Below, piece by piece: positions 26,501-40,900 of a stretch of DNA of 64,000 bases (position 1 is the first letter of the stretch; each line of letters starts with the position of its first letter). Made by a program: the position numbers and the translations under genes. The DNA comes from Octopus sinensis (lineage: Eukaryota). The notes beneath the pieces are model-generated. The model was not told where the DNA came from, did not search any database, and was given only the letters and a program-made list of their open reading frames with translations. The stretch lies in contig NC_043000.1 in NCBI RefSeq assembly GCF_006345805.1, positions 128,092,001 through 128,156,000 of the forward strand. The letters run 5' to 3'.

Positions 26501-29500
26501 AAGACACTCTGAAAGAAAGTGTTCAGCAGATAGGCTTTCTCTTTGTCTGTGGTTGTCTTAGAACCATCACTTCTTTTCAAGTCTGCAATACCAGTCTTTG
26601 ATTTCGTTTTTGACTTCACATATGATCAAAATGGCTTTGGGTTTGTCTTGGCTTGTATTGCTACCATTTTCTCTAATTTCTTCTTTGCTTTATGGCATGC
26701 CTTTGTTGCTTTATTTCTGCTCTTGATGTAGGCCTGATAATCTTGCCCATTCTTGATATGCAACCAACATCTATACAGTTTGTGCTTCTGCTGCACTGTT
26801 CTAAGTGTATCTCTATTGAGCCACTTCTTGCTCTTGAACCTCCCATCTTTGGTACATATTTCTCTGTTACTCTGTCCAATTCCTTGCACAGCTTTTCCTA
26901 TGCCTCTCCATCTGATAGACATTTCAGCTCACCCACCCATCTGATATTTTCCAGGTCTTTCCTCATCTCTTCTATGTTTGCCTTTGTAAAGTTGAAATAT
27001 TCTTTCTTTCCTGTTTCTTGGTATGCATAGCACAAGCTGATGATCAACACTACATGGTCACTCTTCCCAAGGGATGATGCTACAATGATATCATTGATCA
27101 TGTCTTCCCTGTTTATCATTACCAGGTCGTCTAGAGTTGGACACCGTCCCTTCCTGATCTTTGTTGGTTCTCTCTGGTGCTTTATCAGGAATGCTTCCTT
27201 TGTTGCCTTGAAAAATTTATTCGCTGCATGGTTCTCACCTTTCAGACTCCTGTCTTGTTTCCAATTTATGTTGGGGTAGTTGAAGTCGCTGATTAACAGT
27301 AAATATTGAGGTTTCTTGTCTGTCACGTTTAATAGCAATCTGTTTAGACTCTCGCTATTTTCCTCTGAGCTTGGTTGTTTTGTTTGGGCCCTTTCAGTTC
27401 CGTCAGCCAACTACTCCCCTGCATCAGTTTTTTGGCTAGTACTAGTTTTACTTGACGTGGCTGAAGATTGTTTTCTATAGCAACATGTTGAATATCCGAC
27501 AAGGCATCGGTCTGGGCAGCAGCCATCTATGCTAGATCTGGTATTCTCCCGCTATCCAAGATCAGTGTCAGACGTATCTGTGTGCGCCCCTCTTGCCAAG
27601 AGTGATCATGCGGTCCTGAAGTTCGTCATGCACACAACTTTTTCCACGCCCACGATTACTTTGCTGCCACGTAGAGTCTTCTCTGCAATTAATCTTGAAA
27701 TTCTAACCGAGGCTCCCGCGCTTCTGGACTGGCGTTCCCTGATGACGTTGTCCTCAGTTGACGAACTATGGTCATCCCTCAAAGCATATGTAATCTGTTT
27801 GACTGACCAGGCAGTTCCCGTTGGACTTCCCAAGAGGAAGAAACACAAGCCCTGGGTGACGAAGAAGGTTAAACGAGAACGTCGACTCAGAGATATTGCT
27901 TGGGCTGAATTCAAAAATCTGGATTCGACTGCAGCTTTTGAGGTGTACAAAACTCAACGAGACCGAGCCGTGAAAATTGAAAAGAAAGAACGCTTCAGTT
28001 ATGAATACAAAATCGCGGCAAATGCCAGTAGCAATCCAAAACCTTCTTTGCCCATGTCCAGCGGAATTCCCGCTTGAACAACCAGATTGCAACGTTGGTA
28101 GACTCAACAGGCGTATCGATTGAGGACCCTTATCAACAGAGTCAATTATTTGCCGAGGCTTTTTTAACTATTTTCAAACAAGATGATGGTCGTGAACCCC
28201 CTCCTTTTGATAGATCGGTACCTCCAATGCTTCGATTGATCATCACGCGGGACCAAGTCAAACGTGTTATTCAAGGCCTCGATGTCAACAAGGGTCACAG
28301 CCCTGACGGCATACACCCACGGGTTATCAAAGCGTTGGCTCCGGTCATCTGCGAGCCCTTAACACGACTATTCAATATGTCATTGGCGACGGGTGTTATA
28401 CCTGCAGACTGGAGAACAGCGATAATCTGCCCAATTTTCAAGAAAGGGAGCCGCGAAGACCCGCTTAACTACCGACCGGTTTCCCTTACATCAATAATCA
28501 GCAAGATGTTCGAATGATGCTCCACCTCCTAAACACAGCCTCGATCACTGATTCCCAACACGGCTTCGTGCCGAAGAGATCATGCTTGACCAACTTACTA
28601 GTAATGGAAGAATTGGTGACGCGCATCCTCGATGATAGTGATGCTGTTGACATCGTTTTATTGGACTTTGCCAAAGCTTTTGACTCGGTAAACCACCGCC
28701 TACTACTTGTCAAGCTTCAAGCATATAGTTTCCATCCGGATATTGTACGATGGGTTGGTGCCTTCCTCTCAGATCGCTCCTTCCAAGTTCAAGTTAATGG
28801 TTCGCGGTCCGACGTCTCCAGTGTGAGCAGTGGCGTGCCTCAAGGTTCAGTGCTTGGGCCCTTGTTGTTCTTGGTCTTCATAAATGACTTGCCCGACGAC
28901 CTCACGCAACACACCCTTCTATTTGCCGACGATATCAAACTGGTCGCTCCTCGCGGTAGTATAGAGGATCTTCGTCGATGCCTCCACCAAATTTGGAAGT
29001 GGTCTAACGATTGGGACCTGTGTCTGAACGTGTCAAAGTGCTGTCATCTGCCTGTCGGCTCTACTCCTGCAACTCATCTTGATTTCGAGCCGGGTCGTCT
29101 GCTGCTGGAGAGGACCGATCAGGTAAAGGACCTGGGTATCTTGGTGGATTCCTCCTTTTCGCCTTCGGCCCAGTGCGTCCATGCTGCCAACAAAGCGCGC
29201 GGAATTCTGTTTTTGATTCAACGGTCATTCGGAATGCTCACAGCAGCCATATTCCTGCCACTCTATGTCACGCTGGTGAGACCCATATTGGAGTATGGGA
29301 TTCAAGCCTCTTCTCCTTATCTCCTCAAAGACATACAGCACCTCGAAAGAGTCCAGAGGCTGGCTACCCGCATGGTTCATGGTCTCAAAAATTTGTCCTA
29401 CGAAGAAAGGCTGAGGACGCTCGACCTTTGTTCTCTTGAAAAACGCCGCCGCCGTGGTGATCTCATTCTCGCCCACAACATCATAAGCGGGAAGTGTAAC

Positions 29501-31949
29501 CTCTCGAAAGAGCTGTTCTTCACTCCTGCTCCGGAGCGTCGGCTGCGGGGTCATTCCGAAAAGCTCTACCTGCGACGATTTCATCTCAATCGAAGGAGAG
29601 GAGCTTTCTCCGTCCGGGTTGCGGATCCGTGGAACAAGCTGCCAGACGAGATGGTGAAGATGCCGACGACCGCTTTGTTCAAAGCCTCCCTGGACCTCAA
29701 GTGGCCTGAACTCTTTACATGAACACCACCCTGTACTTAACTCCATGTCCCCCTACATGGCCTTGCTATTTGCTTTTGAGCCAAATTAACTAACTAACTA
29801 CTACTGCTTTGGTTTAAAGCAAAACCTCTCCTAGTTCCAGCTGCTTTCTATACACTCATTATTTTTGTCTGTCAGCTTAGATCTAGGTCAGCCAAATTGG
29901 TTATCATAGGCCTATGCATTAAAAGTCAACAAGGATCGTCAATGCTCAGCTTGCTTCAGGACTTGTTCCAAGTCGTAAAAAAAATAAAAGAAATAAAAAA
30001 AACAACACTTTATTTGCAATAAGATGACTTGCTCTTCTAATAAAATTAGGTTTCTAGTCATTTATATAATGTAAAAAGCATTTATCAGGAAAAAAAAAGT
30101 GCATTCGCATCCGTTCCTTATTCACTCGGCACTTGTTCTGTATTCCGACATAGATGCTTATATTTTGTGCAAAATAATATTCTTGAAGAACAAGCTTCAA
30201 GTATAGCGTAAGCGGTTCAGTTTATATTTCAACATGGAAGAATGATCCTCTTGACTGAATATTCAAAAATGAATGAATGTTTCTAATTCTTTGCATACCT
30301 CATTTATTTTGTATATATGTTCCATTTTCAAAACTATTTTCTTCATTGCATTTCATTAATTGGGGAGGTGCGTTTCTAAAGAAACTCCAAATAATCAGTC
30401 AAAAGTGTGGAAAAAATAAATGTTTTTAGGCTTACCGAAGTCATGCCTCCGCATGAATTCATGCAGTGGTGTTTGCTGTTCGCTGATTGTGGTAGTACCA
30501 AAAAATAAAAAAAATACTATTGCAAGAAAGGTGGATTCATGTTGTTAGATATGTTAAGCCAATATTGTGATCTTGGATACACTTTGTCAGAAAATAGATG
30601 GTTTATGCTTAGAATACCTTTTGATCATAAGCATACTTAATCAATGCTGACCAAGGGCTAAAGAACTGCAACGAAACAATCATTGCTAGCATACTAGTTA
30701 TATTTTACAAGAAAAAAGATACTATACAATCAATGAACAAACCCTATATAATCAAAGGAACAAACCTCAGTATATAATCGGTACTTATTTTACTAATCAG
30801 AACAAGACAGCTCTGCAACATTTTTTTAAAGCATGAAATCATACACAGACGTTGATTGATATTTGTAATCTACTTTGGAATTATATATGATAGGCTTCCT
30901 TTCAAATTCTATCTACCAATTTCACTTGCAAGGCATTGGTCAGTTTCTGGCTTTAATAGAAGATATTTGCCCAAGACACCATGCATTGAGATAGAAGCCA
31001 AAATTACATGGTCACAAAGTGAACTCTGTATCCACACAGTCATGCTTGAATTATATATTCAAAAACATACTTAAAAAAAAAAAGGTTTCTAAAGATGTTA
31101 AGGGGTAGAACAAAATGAAAAGACTAAAGTTAAAATTTTATTTTAAGAATTGTATTTGTAATACCATCCACACCATGTTTACCACCTTTCTCACATTGTA
31201 CTAAAAAAAGAAAAAAAAAAGAGAGCATTCTTCATATTAAATGTAAATATGGTAGCACGCCTGGCTTATTTTTGTATAGCTCTTACAACATACAGGAGTG
31301 AACTTAAGTGATTTGTTAACTGACAAGGGATATGATATAATCGGTAGTGACAAGTACTAATCTATCAGCTACTTATCTTTTAAACTAATAAACTTTATCA
31401 TTTGCACTCACTAATATTTGATAATAAAGATGAAATTCAAAATTGAGGCTCATACTTATTTTTTCTAATGGTGATTTAATTTTTCTGTTCTATATCTATA
31501 ATTTATACTTTGAACTTTGTGCTTCATTTTGATAAAGTTTTAAGGAAAAGAAAAACCTAAATATTTTGGTCAAATGTTTTCAATAAAATGTGAACTTCAA
31601 TTATAGTGTTGTACTAGCAGAGATACCTGGCGTTGCTTGGGATTAAAATGGCATACTTTTTTATTGTTTTACTTATTTGTCATGTGACTGGGACCATGCT
31701 GGAGCACTGCCTTTAGTCGAACAAATTGACCCCAGGATATATTTTTTGTAAGCCTAGTACTTACTCTATTGGTGTCTTTTGCCAAACTGTTATGAGGACG
31801 TAAACACACTAAAAACCGGTTGTCAAGCGATGGAGGAAGTACACACACACATATATGATAGTCTTGTTTTAGTTTCCATGTACAAAATCCACTCAAGGCT
31901 TTTGTTGACCTGGGGCTATAGTATCTATCTATCTATTTATCTATCTATC

Positions 31950-31982
<33 letters not shown>

Positions 31983-34900
31983 TATATATAAAACTGAGAA
32001 TGTGTCTGTATGTGTGCATCACTAAAACCCAAGAACTGCCCAATCGATTTCATTAAAATTTTACGCATACACTACTTAGGGACCATAGAATGTCCATTCA
32101 CCCTATGTAATGCATGTGTAAAATTTGAATGAAATCGGTTGGATAGTTCTTGAGTTTTAGTGAGGCACACATACAGACACACCTCAGTTTTATATATATA
32201 GATGAAAGCATTAGAGCTGGAGTGGGGGGATGCTTATATTGTCGTTTTCAGAATTATTATTATTTTTATTATTCTATTGTTTTATTCAGATGATAAATCA
32301 AGACCTTTCTACAAGCGATCCAAGTGGCATGGAAGAGGTGGTCGACGAAACAGGAAAGGTTTGTTTACTTTAATTGCATTAATTAGATTTCACAAATGTT
32401 AAATTACTAAAGTTATATGTTGATTTTTTTTTTTTCTTTCTCTCGCTCACATTCTGATATAGTTTCTAAAGAAAGAAATAGCATTTTTTTGTTAAACATC
32501 AAGGGAGGTCATCTCAGAAAGTTCAAAACATACTATTGTTATGATGTCTTTTTTTTTTTTTTGCTTGCTTGTTTGCATGAGCTGGAGATATCTTGCCACT
32601 TGTGCAACCTTTATCATCTTAATTGTGAGATTCAACTGAGATCAGTTTTCACTGCTTCTGCTATGTCATCTTTAGTCCCCCTTTGGATCACTTGGCATTT
32701 CTTTACCCAACTGCCATCTTCACATGTCTGTACCAGTGCAGTCTTCTGTTTTGTATATGATGTCTGATTTCTCTTTATGCCCAATTTTTATCTCAGCTTA
32801 TTTGTGGTCTATCATTATCCAGAAGATAATGTTTACTTCATATATTTATGTGTGTGTGTGTAACATCATTAGTGTTATGTCTGCTGTTTCATGCTGGGTT
32901 GGATGAAGACTTATTGGGTAAGTATTTTATGATTAGATGCTCTTGTTGCCAACTCCCATACCAGTTTATCAAGTAAGGAATTTTTATTCCTCTGGTCTTC
33001 AAAAATAAGAAGTTCAGAACAAGAACATGATATCACTGCTTTTGATAAACAGTATCAAGCAAATTAAGCACTCACATACTCTTGCACACTTACACATATG
33101 TGCAATATTTATCTGTGTATGCATGTAATAGGCTTCTTGCAGTTTCCCTCTACCTAAGATTCCAGTAGAAGAAATTTCAGAGCAGATAGATGATAAATCA
33201 TGAAAAAAAAAAAAATTGTCTCCATGTTTTTGTGATAAAATTCAGGGGTCCTGTTAAATGGTTTGGGTTAATGGGAGTGAAAAGTTGACTTAACAACATT
33301 ACTTTAGTCGAACAAATTGACCCCAGGATTTATTCTTTGTAAGCCTAGTACTTTATCAGTGTCTTTTGCCAAACTGTTATGAGGACGTAAACACACTAAC
33401 ATCGGTTGTCAAGCAATGGAGGAGGTACAGACGCACACACACTATGGTGGGAAGAAATGGCACATTTCAATAAATTTGGAAAGAAAAATTTTAATCTTTA
33501 CTACATAGTGAACAGTGTCAAATATAGTGCAAGGCTGAGAGGAAGAAAAGCTAAGGCAGAGTGTGAGTTTGTTGCTTTATAATGAAATGTGTTGAAATGT
33601 GTGGGCTGTCAATAGTAACAGAAATATTGAAGAAGGTTGTAGAAGTATCAAAGATGATAGAAAGACTGATAATGAAAGAAGAAATTTTTAATTTTTGAAA
33701 GTGAATGAGCATGTTGAACAATGTACATGCCTGTACATACATACAAAGGGATAGAGCAAGAGAGAGAGGAGGGGAGTTCCAAGCCAAACCAGAAGTTATG
33801 TTAGTGTTTATCCATTGTGTATGATATGTTATATTTACAAAAGTCATGTATAATGCCAATAATTATCTTAAAATATAAAGCAGAAAAAAAAATGTTTTTT
33901 CATTCTTTAACTTTCTCCCATAACTTAAATATTTTTTCTCTATTAAATTTTAATTAGTTTTTTTCTTTACATTAAGAAATGTCATATATCTCTCTGGCTA
34001 CCTATCTCACCCAATACATAAGTAACCTAGGTCACTGCTACTCAGTGGTGGTCTGTGAGCCATCAGCTGCTGGTACACAGCGAGTTTCCAGAAAAGAAAC
34101 AGTAGCATAATTTCAGTAATTTCGCCTTATGCACTGCAGTAAATAAGCTTATGTAATATTGTATTATTTGTTTACAAAATAAATATAAGATTAAAAAAAT
34201 TGTCTACTTTTGTTATATTCATTATATTTGTTTCCGGTATAAATTAATATTACTAAGAAATATTACTGGTCCCTGGCACATTGGAAATATATATATATGA
34301 GGTCTGATCAATAAGTAATATATATATGAGGTCTGATCAATAAGTAATATATAATAAGGAAATATATATATATGAGGTCTGATAAATAAGTATCTGGACT
34401 GTTGCCATAGTAACAAAGCTGAAGCATGCAGAGTGAAACCGCTTGGCACAGATTGACCTTGACCTCTGTTGTACATATGCACTAAGTTTTAACGTTCTAG
34501 CTCACTTGCACTGTTTACGGCAGTGGATCGAAGTAAAGTGTGATTGTCACATTGACCATGACAGAAAGTTGTCATGGTGATACCCGAGGCCTATGCAAAG
34601 TTGCAGAAAGTGTATGAGCTGCACACGTGTATGAATGGTTCAGATGTTTCTGAGATGGCCGTAAAAATGTTGATAGTGACGAACGTTCTGGAGACCTGCA
34701 ACCAGCAGAACTGGGAAAAACATTGCAGATGTACATGCAACTGTGAGGGGAAATTGTCGAATCACCAACCGTGAGTTAATCAGATGTGCAGATAAGTTAT
34801 AGTTCAGTTCAGTCCATTATCACTGAAGACTTGGGTATGAGATGTGTTTCTGCCAAGTTTGTGCCAAAACTTTCAGCCACCCAAAAAGACACTTGGGTTT

Positions 34901-37900
34901 CAGTTGCACAAGAATCTCCTTGATTGTGTTGAGAATGATGAAAGCGTTTTGGAAACTATGCATAGGCCTCTGAGCAGATATTGCCAAGCTTTTGGCGAAA
35001 TTTGATACAGATTCTCTGCGCAACTTTCTGTCATGGTCATTACAACAATCACATGCTACACACGTTGCTCTCAAGCACTGCTGTAAACAGTGGAAGTGGG
35101 CTAGAATGTTAAAATTTAGTGCACATGCACAGTAGAGTCCAAGGCCAATTTGTGCCAAGTGGCTTCACTCTGCATGCTTTATCTTCATTACTATGGCAAC
35201 AGTCCGGATTGAAAAATCTGTAAAAAGAAAGTCTAATTTATATTTCAGTTTAGAACCATAAGATGGTTTAATTGTTCTGTTTCTTTTCTTCAGGTGGCGC
35301 TGGCGGAGCAAATCCTAGATCACATCTTGACGATGAAGATGATTTCCAAATGGGTGATGATTTACCAGGAGTCTCAAATCAAAGACAGTAATTAATTTTT
35401 TGTCTTATGGATTGTTACATCTTAGATGTAAAGTTTGCAGTATTCAAATAAAATCATTTCTCAAAATGTTTTTATATCTGTTAAACCCAGTTCGTTTTTA
35501 ATCTTTTCAGTTGCCGTGGTTTGAGTTAATTTTGAAAAGAATGAAGAATTAAGTAAAGTAACATAATGTTCCAAGCACTAGCTTGGTACATGCATTTGGA
35601 ATATAAATTAACAGGTTTTAATTAGATCACTTTAATTAGGAAGTTTGTATCATAGAACCAGAGATGGTCTCAGACAACTTAGTATTAAAAGGGTTAATAA
35701 ATATAGAAGAAATACTATAACAAAGAGAATGAATTGTAAAGTTTTACAAAATTCTAAGTATTTCAAGATGTGGCTTCTTTCTGTTAGTAAATCATTTGTG
35801 TATGACAATTTTTAGCTTTTACTTCTTTACTGCTGGGTAATGTGAATGATTTAACAGTAAATGCTCCCCAGTTATAAGCTGGTATCCAGATGAGTTCCAT
35901 GGTTTCAGGTTCAATCCCACTATGCAGCACTTTGAGCAAGTGACTTCTGTAGCACCTGGCTGAAAGCTTTTTGAGTGGATTTGGTAGAAGGAAACTGAAA
36001 GAAACTCATCTGTATATGCATGTGTGCTTGTGTCTCCTTGATATTGCACACTGATTGTAAACAAACATCACCATCATACAAGCAATGTCATTTGTTTAAA
36101 ATCTTCCATGAAAACATGTCCAGCCATTGTACTGTAATGGAAATGAGAAGAAGCGGGATAAGCTACATGACTATTGTCAGTCATGAGCTTGAATAGAAAC
36201 AGTATGACCAAGAAGGTGAAAGAAATATATAAAAAGTTAACATATATTAATCAGAATATATGAGATAATAATGTATTAACTCCTATATTTAATATTCTTT
36301 TATCAGTGTGCCTTATCGTAAAAATCACAGGAAGCGACCTCAGAATAAGATCTTAGAGATGGATAAAGTGCAGAACAGCGGTGAGTTTAATTTTCAATTG
36401 AAATCTTTTGTGAACTTTAAACAAGTAAAGAAACAAGTGTTTATAGAGAGAAAAAATGTTTAATTTGCTTTAGTATTTGATTATAGTTCTCTTTTTACAT
36501 TGTTATACATTGTCTGCACCATGTTATGGTTGTATAAACTGCATAAAAGCATCACATCAAAAAACATAAACACCCCAAATATTCATAATTTCTGTGTAAT
36601 TTAATTTAACAGTAGAATAGTTATTGATTTGTTACATGAAGTGAAGGTGTGTAGCTTAGTTAGGGTAACTGGCTCACAATCATAACGTCATGCATTCGAT
36701 TCCCGTCAGTGTGTTGTCTTTAAGCAAGACACTTTATCTCACCTTGTTGCAGTCCTCTCAGCTGTAAATTCAAAGGGCTTGCCTTGTCACAGTCTGTAAT
36801 ACTGAATCTCGCTGAGAGCCACATTAAGGGTGTGTATGTCTGTGGAGTGCTCAGCAACTTGCATGTTAATTTCACAAGCAGGCTGTTCTTTTGACTGGAT
36901 CAAATGGAACACTTGTCGTCGTAACTGACTGAGTGTCATAAAAAACATACATGAGATATTTGAAATTTGTTTGAATAGAAAGTTTAATTTTTAGATTAAT
37001 TATATCTACAACTGACACCATTTTCAATTCAGAATTCTATATACTACTGGTACTCAAATTTTGTATGAACTTAATTCTTTATATTTGCAGGTCGATTAAA
37101 ACGTCTTGGCTTACCAGTACATAGCAAACATTCTGATAATAATTGGTATCGTGTAAAGGTATATATATTTTTCCTTTTATAAAATCCTTCGAAATACAAA
37201 TCACTTACCTTTCTATGTAACTTTATAAACTGCAATATTACTATTTCATAAGAACAAGTTTTTGTTTTTCAGTTTTTCGATTTTTATGAAATTAAAATTG
37301 TTATAAAATGATACAAGAACAAATTTTGTATGAAATGACATATTTTTGCAGCATGCACTTAGTGGCTTGCTGGAAAAAAAAACAAAAAAAATCTTAGAAA
37401 CCTCTCAAGCAATATGAGGTTGAAGTGGTGGGTGTTGCCAGCCATTTAGTTGTCCTTGGTACATAACTATTTGATTCAGTGTAATGATACAGGTTCAACT
37501 TGAAGGTTGTTCCAGCTATCAACTGCTTATTAAAGCTGTTCTACACTTATTTCTGTGTATAAGGGGGATGTGAATTGTAAAAAGATTATGGAAGATATAT
37601 ATAACATCGTCCTCCTCATTTAACATCCGTTTTTTATGCTGTTGTTAGGTAGATGGTTAGACAGGATCTGACAAGTTGTGGACTTCACCAAACTCCTGTG
37701 CCTGCTTTAGTATGGTTTCTGTGATTGGATGCCGTCCTAATGTTGACCACATTACAGAGTGTACCGGTACTTTTTATGTGGCACCAGCACCATTGAGGTC
37801 ACTAAATAATTTGCAAGACAAAATCCCTCAGCTGAGGTAGGAGGAGGTGGTTTTATGCCAAGTGATGAGAGGTTAAAGTATGATAAAGGGACATGAACAG

Positions 37901-40900
37901 GTGTTTTGCTCTAGAGAAGATACTTGGTTAACCCAGTGGGAAAGGAAAAGATATCTGGGATTGGACCTGAACAATGTTGGTCAATTTAACCAATTACAAA
38001 TCAGAATTCCTCAGGTATTCTGGTATTTAGGAGAGTTTCTTAACCACAAGGCTATGCTTACATATATTTAATGACGAGTCATTGGGTTGAGTTCCATAAA
38101 TGTTGATATTTAATATAACTGAATGTCGATTAGATGAAGTTGAATCATACAAATTGTGATTACAGTATAGTGACTGACGGTTGGAAAATTTTCCTCATCT
38201 TTTCATTGTAATTACTATTCAAAATCAAAATACATGGCTGAGAGACTAAGATAAATAGTTGATAAATTGTTGGCAAACTTATCATGCTCAATTGGACTTG
38301 TATCTAATTTCATTTATCGGATCTTTTCCTTTTGAACGGCACTTTTCAACACAATTTCTAGTTAACTAAACACTTTTAAACTTCGTATACTGGTAGAATG
38401 TGTTTATAAAACATCATTTTTTTTCTTGGCTTTATTGAGAAAATTCTATATGTTGTAACATATTTTGTCTTTAATTTTGAGCATTTCGGCAATTTTAACC
38501 AATCGCTTACGTCCATTTAGGTAAATAACATTCTGTGCATAATGAATATGTCCCTCCTTTAAGAAACAGATTGGGTTTATTTACATTTGTGAAGGAAAAA
38601 TATACCCTTCCCCCACCTCTAACCCTAACCAACCCTAACTCTCACCCTAAATCTAAAATAGATTGAAATGCAATAGATCAATACTAGGGTTATAATTATG
38701 GGTGACAATTTCATACGACACCGCTACGGAAAATAAGATTTTTTTCTAGCAGTGTCAAATGAAAATGTCACCCATAATTATGGCCCTAGTATCGATCTAT
38801 TGCATTTCAATCTATTTTAGATTTAGGGTTAGAGTTGGGGTTGGGGAAGGGTTTCTTTTTTTCTTCACAAATGTAAATAAACCCAATCTGTTTCTTAAAG
38901 GAGGGACATATTCATTATGCACAGAATGTTATTTACCTAAATGGACATAAGCGATTGGTTAAAATTGCCAAAATGCTTGAAATTAAAGACGAAATATCTT
39001 ACAACCCATAGAATTTTCTCAATAAAGCCAAGAGAAAATGATGTTTTATAAACACATTCTACCATATACGAAGTTTAAAACTTTTTAGTTACCTAGAAAT
39101 TATGTTACAAAGTGCCGTTCAAAAGGAAAAGATCCCATTTATCTCTTAATTTTTTTTTTTAATATTTGTAAAATCAGTATCAATATTATATACTATGATG
39201 ACTGATAAATTTACTGCTTGATTTTTATATAACTTATGAGATTTAAAAAAAAATATATTTTAACATCCTGACTGAAATTTTTTTACGTTTTGTTTTTTTT
39301 TAGATACCATGCAGACAGAAGTTGGAAAGGAATTTTATTATTAGAGAAATCGAAAGTTATATCAATATGCCATTCCAAGTATCATTTGTGAGTCTCTTAG
39401 TTACATTAATATCTATTTAATTTATTAACTGCATGGGAATTTTTTCTTTCTAGTCAAATTATATTATCCTTCATAAAGTTGTGAATGAATTTATTTAAAA
39501 TGTTTTTTAAAATTATATTCTTGGTGTTTGTTATAATTTCCCTCTATGAAACAGCTGTCAAAGTGAATTTACCCAGTTGCTGCACTTATGAAGCTATTGT
39601 GTTGGAGGAATTTTATTTTATTGTTTATTTGTTTAAAGCCACCATTAATTTATTTATTCTTTTTTGTGTGTAGTGGTCCGAGTTAAGTGTTGTGGTTTGA
39701 AAATAGGAATGTGTAGGTTTGTGATGTTAAAGATTAGCCATTTTACACCCAGCTTTCAGATTCTGGGAATTTAACAGTGTTGAGTGAAAATGGTTGTATA
39801 TGTTGGTAGCAGTAGGGATACCTTCAGGTTCAAAATATTAGTTCTTGAGTTTTTAAATTTCCCCATTGCTATTGGAGTGTTTGATGGCAGGAAAGAGTTA
39901 CTATTTTTGCGGCTGATCTTCAAAGAATGTTTGAGAAAGATGTTTGCTTGGTGTTACAGTGTGATTATATTATTTTGAAGTTACTGTGACATGGAGGGTG
40001 GTGTAGTTTTTGTTGATGATGGTGGTTATTCAGTATTTGTAGCATGTGTTCATTTGACCTGCAAGAAGTTGTGACCAAAGCTACAAGCATAATATAGTGG
40101 TAATTGTAAAAATAACTGAAACTCAATGTAACAATAATTATAGAAAGGCCTGAACTTGGGACTGCATGCTCAGTAGTTGAGTTCCTTAAAGTCAGAACTG
40201 TTCTCCTTCATTTAATGGCAAAATTGTGAAATTTGATAAAACAACTCTGTTAATTTTTATTAATTTAGTGGATTTTGTTTTGTCAACTACTCACTATTCT
40301 ACATTGATTTCCAAGTGTGATCATTTATTATATTAAACTGCATTGAAACTTGTTCTAGTGAATGTATGAAAAATATGATTGTATGATTAATTGCTTTTCT
40401 GTTGGTGGTTATCTTCCATGTTATATTTTTATTTATAGATATATAAATATATCTATATATAAAAAATCATAGTCATCTCTGAGTTTTGAGATGGTTTGTG
40501 AGATCAGATACCACCTACATCAATGTAAAAGTGCCGACAGGATTTTATCAAGTACATAAACTCTGTGCGATTCTTTTACAACAGTGTGATTGGTTAGACT
40601 TAATAAATATTTGTTATCTTTATCCTACAGGAGAAAGTGAAAAAGAAATGATTTTGTCTATATATATTTACTTCAACTTTTCAGTTTAAAAATGAACGTG
40701 GCAGCTGTTGTTTTTATGTCCAAGATAAAGTTACTGCAGATGCTATCCGTCAAGTGGATAAGAAGATAATGATGCCTGATGGATTCAAAGTAGGTTTGCT
40801 TCGTCGTTATTGGAATATATCAATTATTTCTAAAAGTATTTGTAAAAAACAAGTGGGTGGGTGGGGCTTTAATTTACAAGTACCATTTCCAAATCCTGTA

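Noticed and set aside
34290-34400. Short repeat-spacer pattern resembling CRISPR
   Set aside because: Eukaryotic context, the spacers are TA runs, and the repeats are mariner termini
20541-36356. About 70-codon open +1 frame across NXF1 exons 1-4
   Set aside because: Short, with no recognisable features; plausible by chance in low-complexity coding sequence
38610-38650. CCCTAA-like telomeric repeats
   Set aside because: Degenerate and mirrored in the other arm; they are internal to the foldback transposon, not an interstitial telomere
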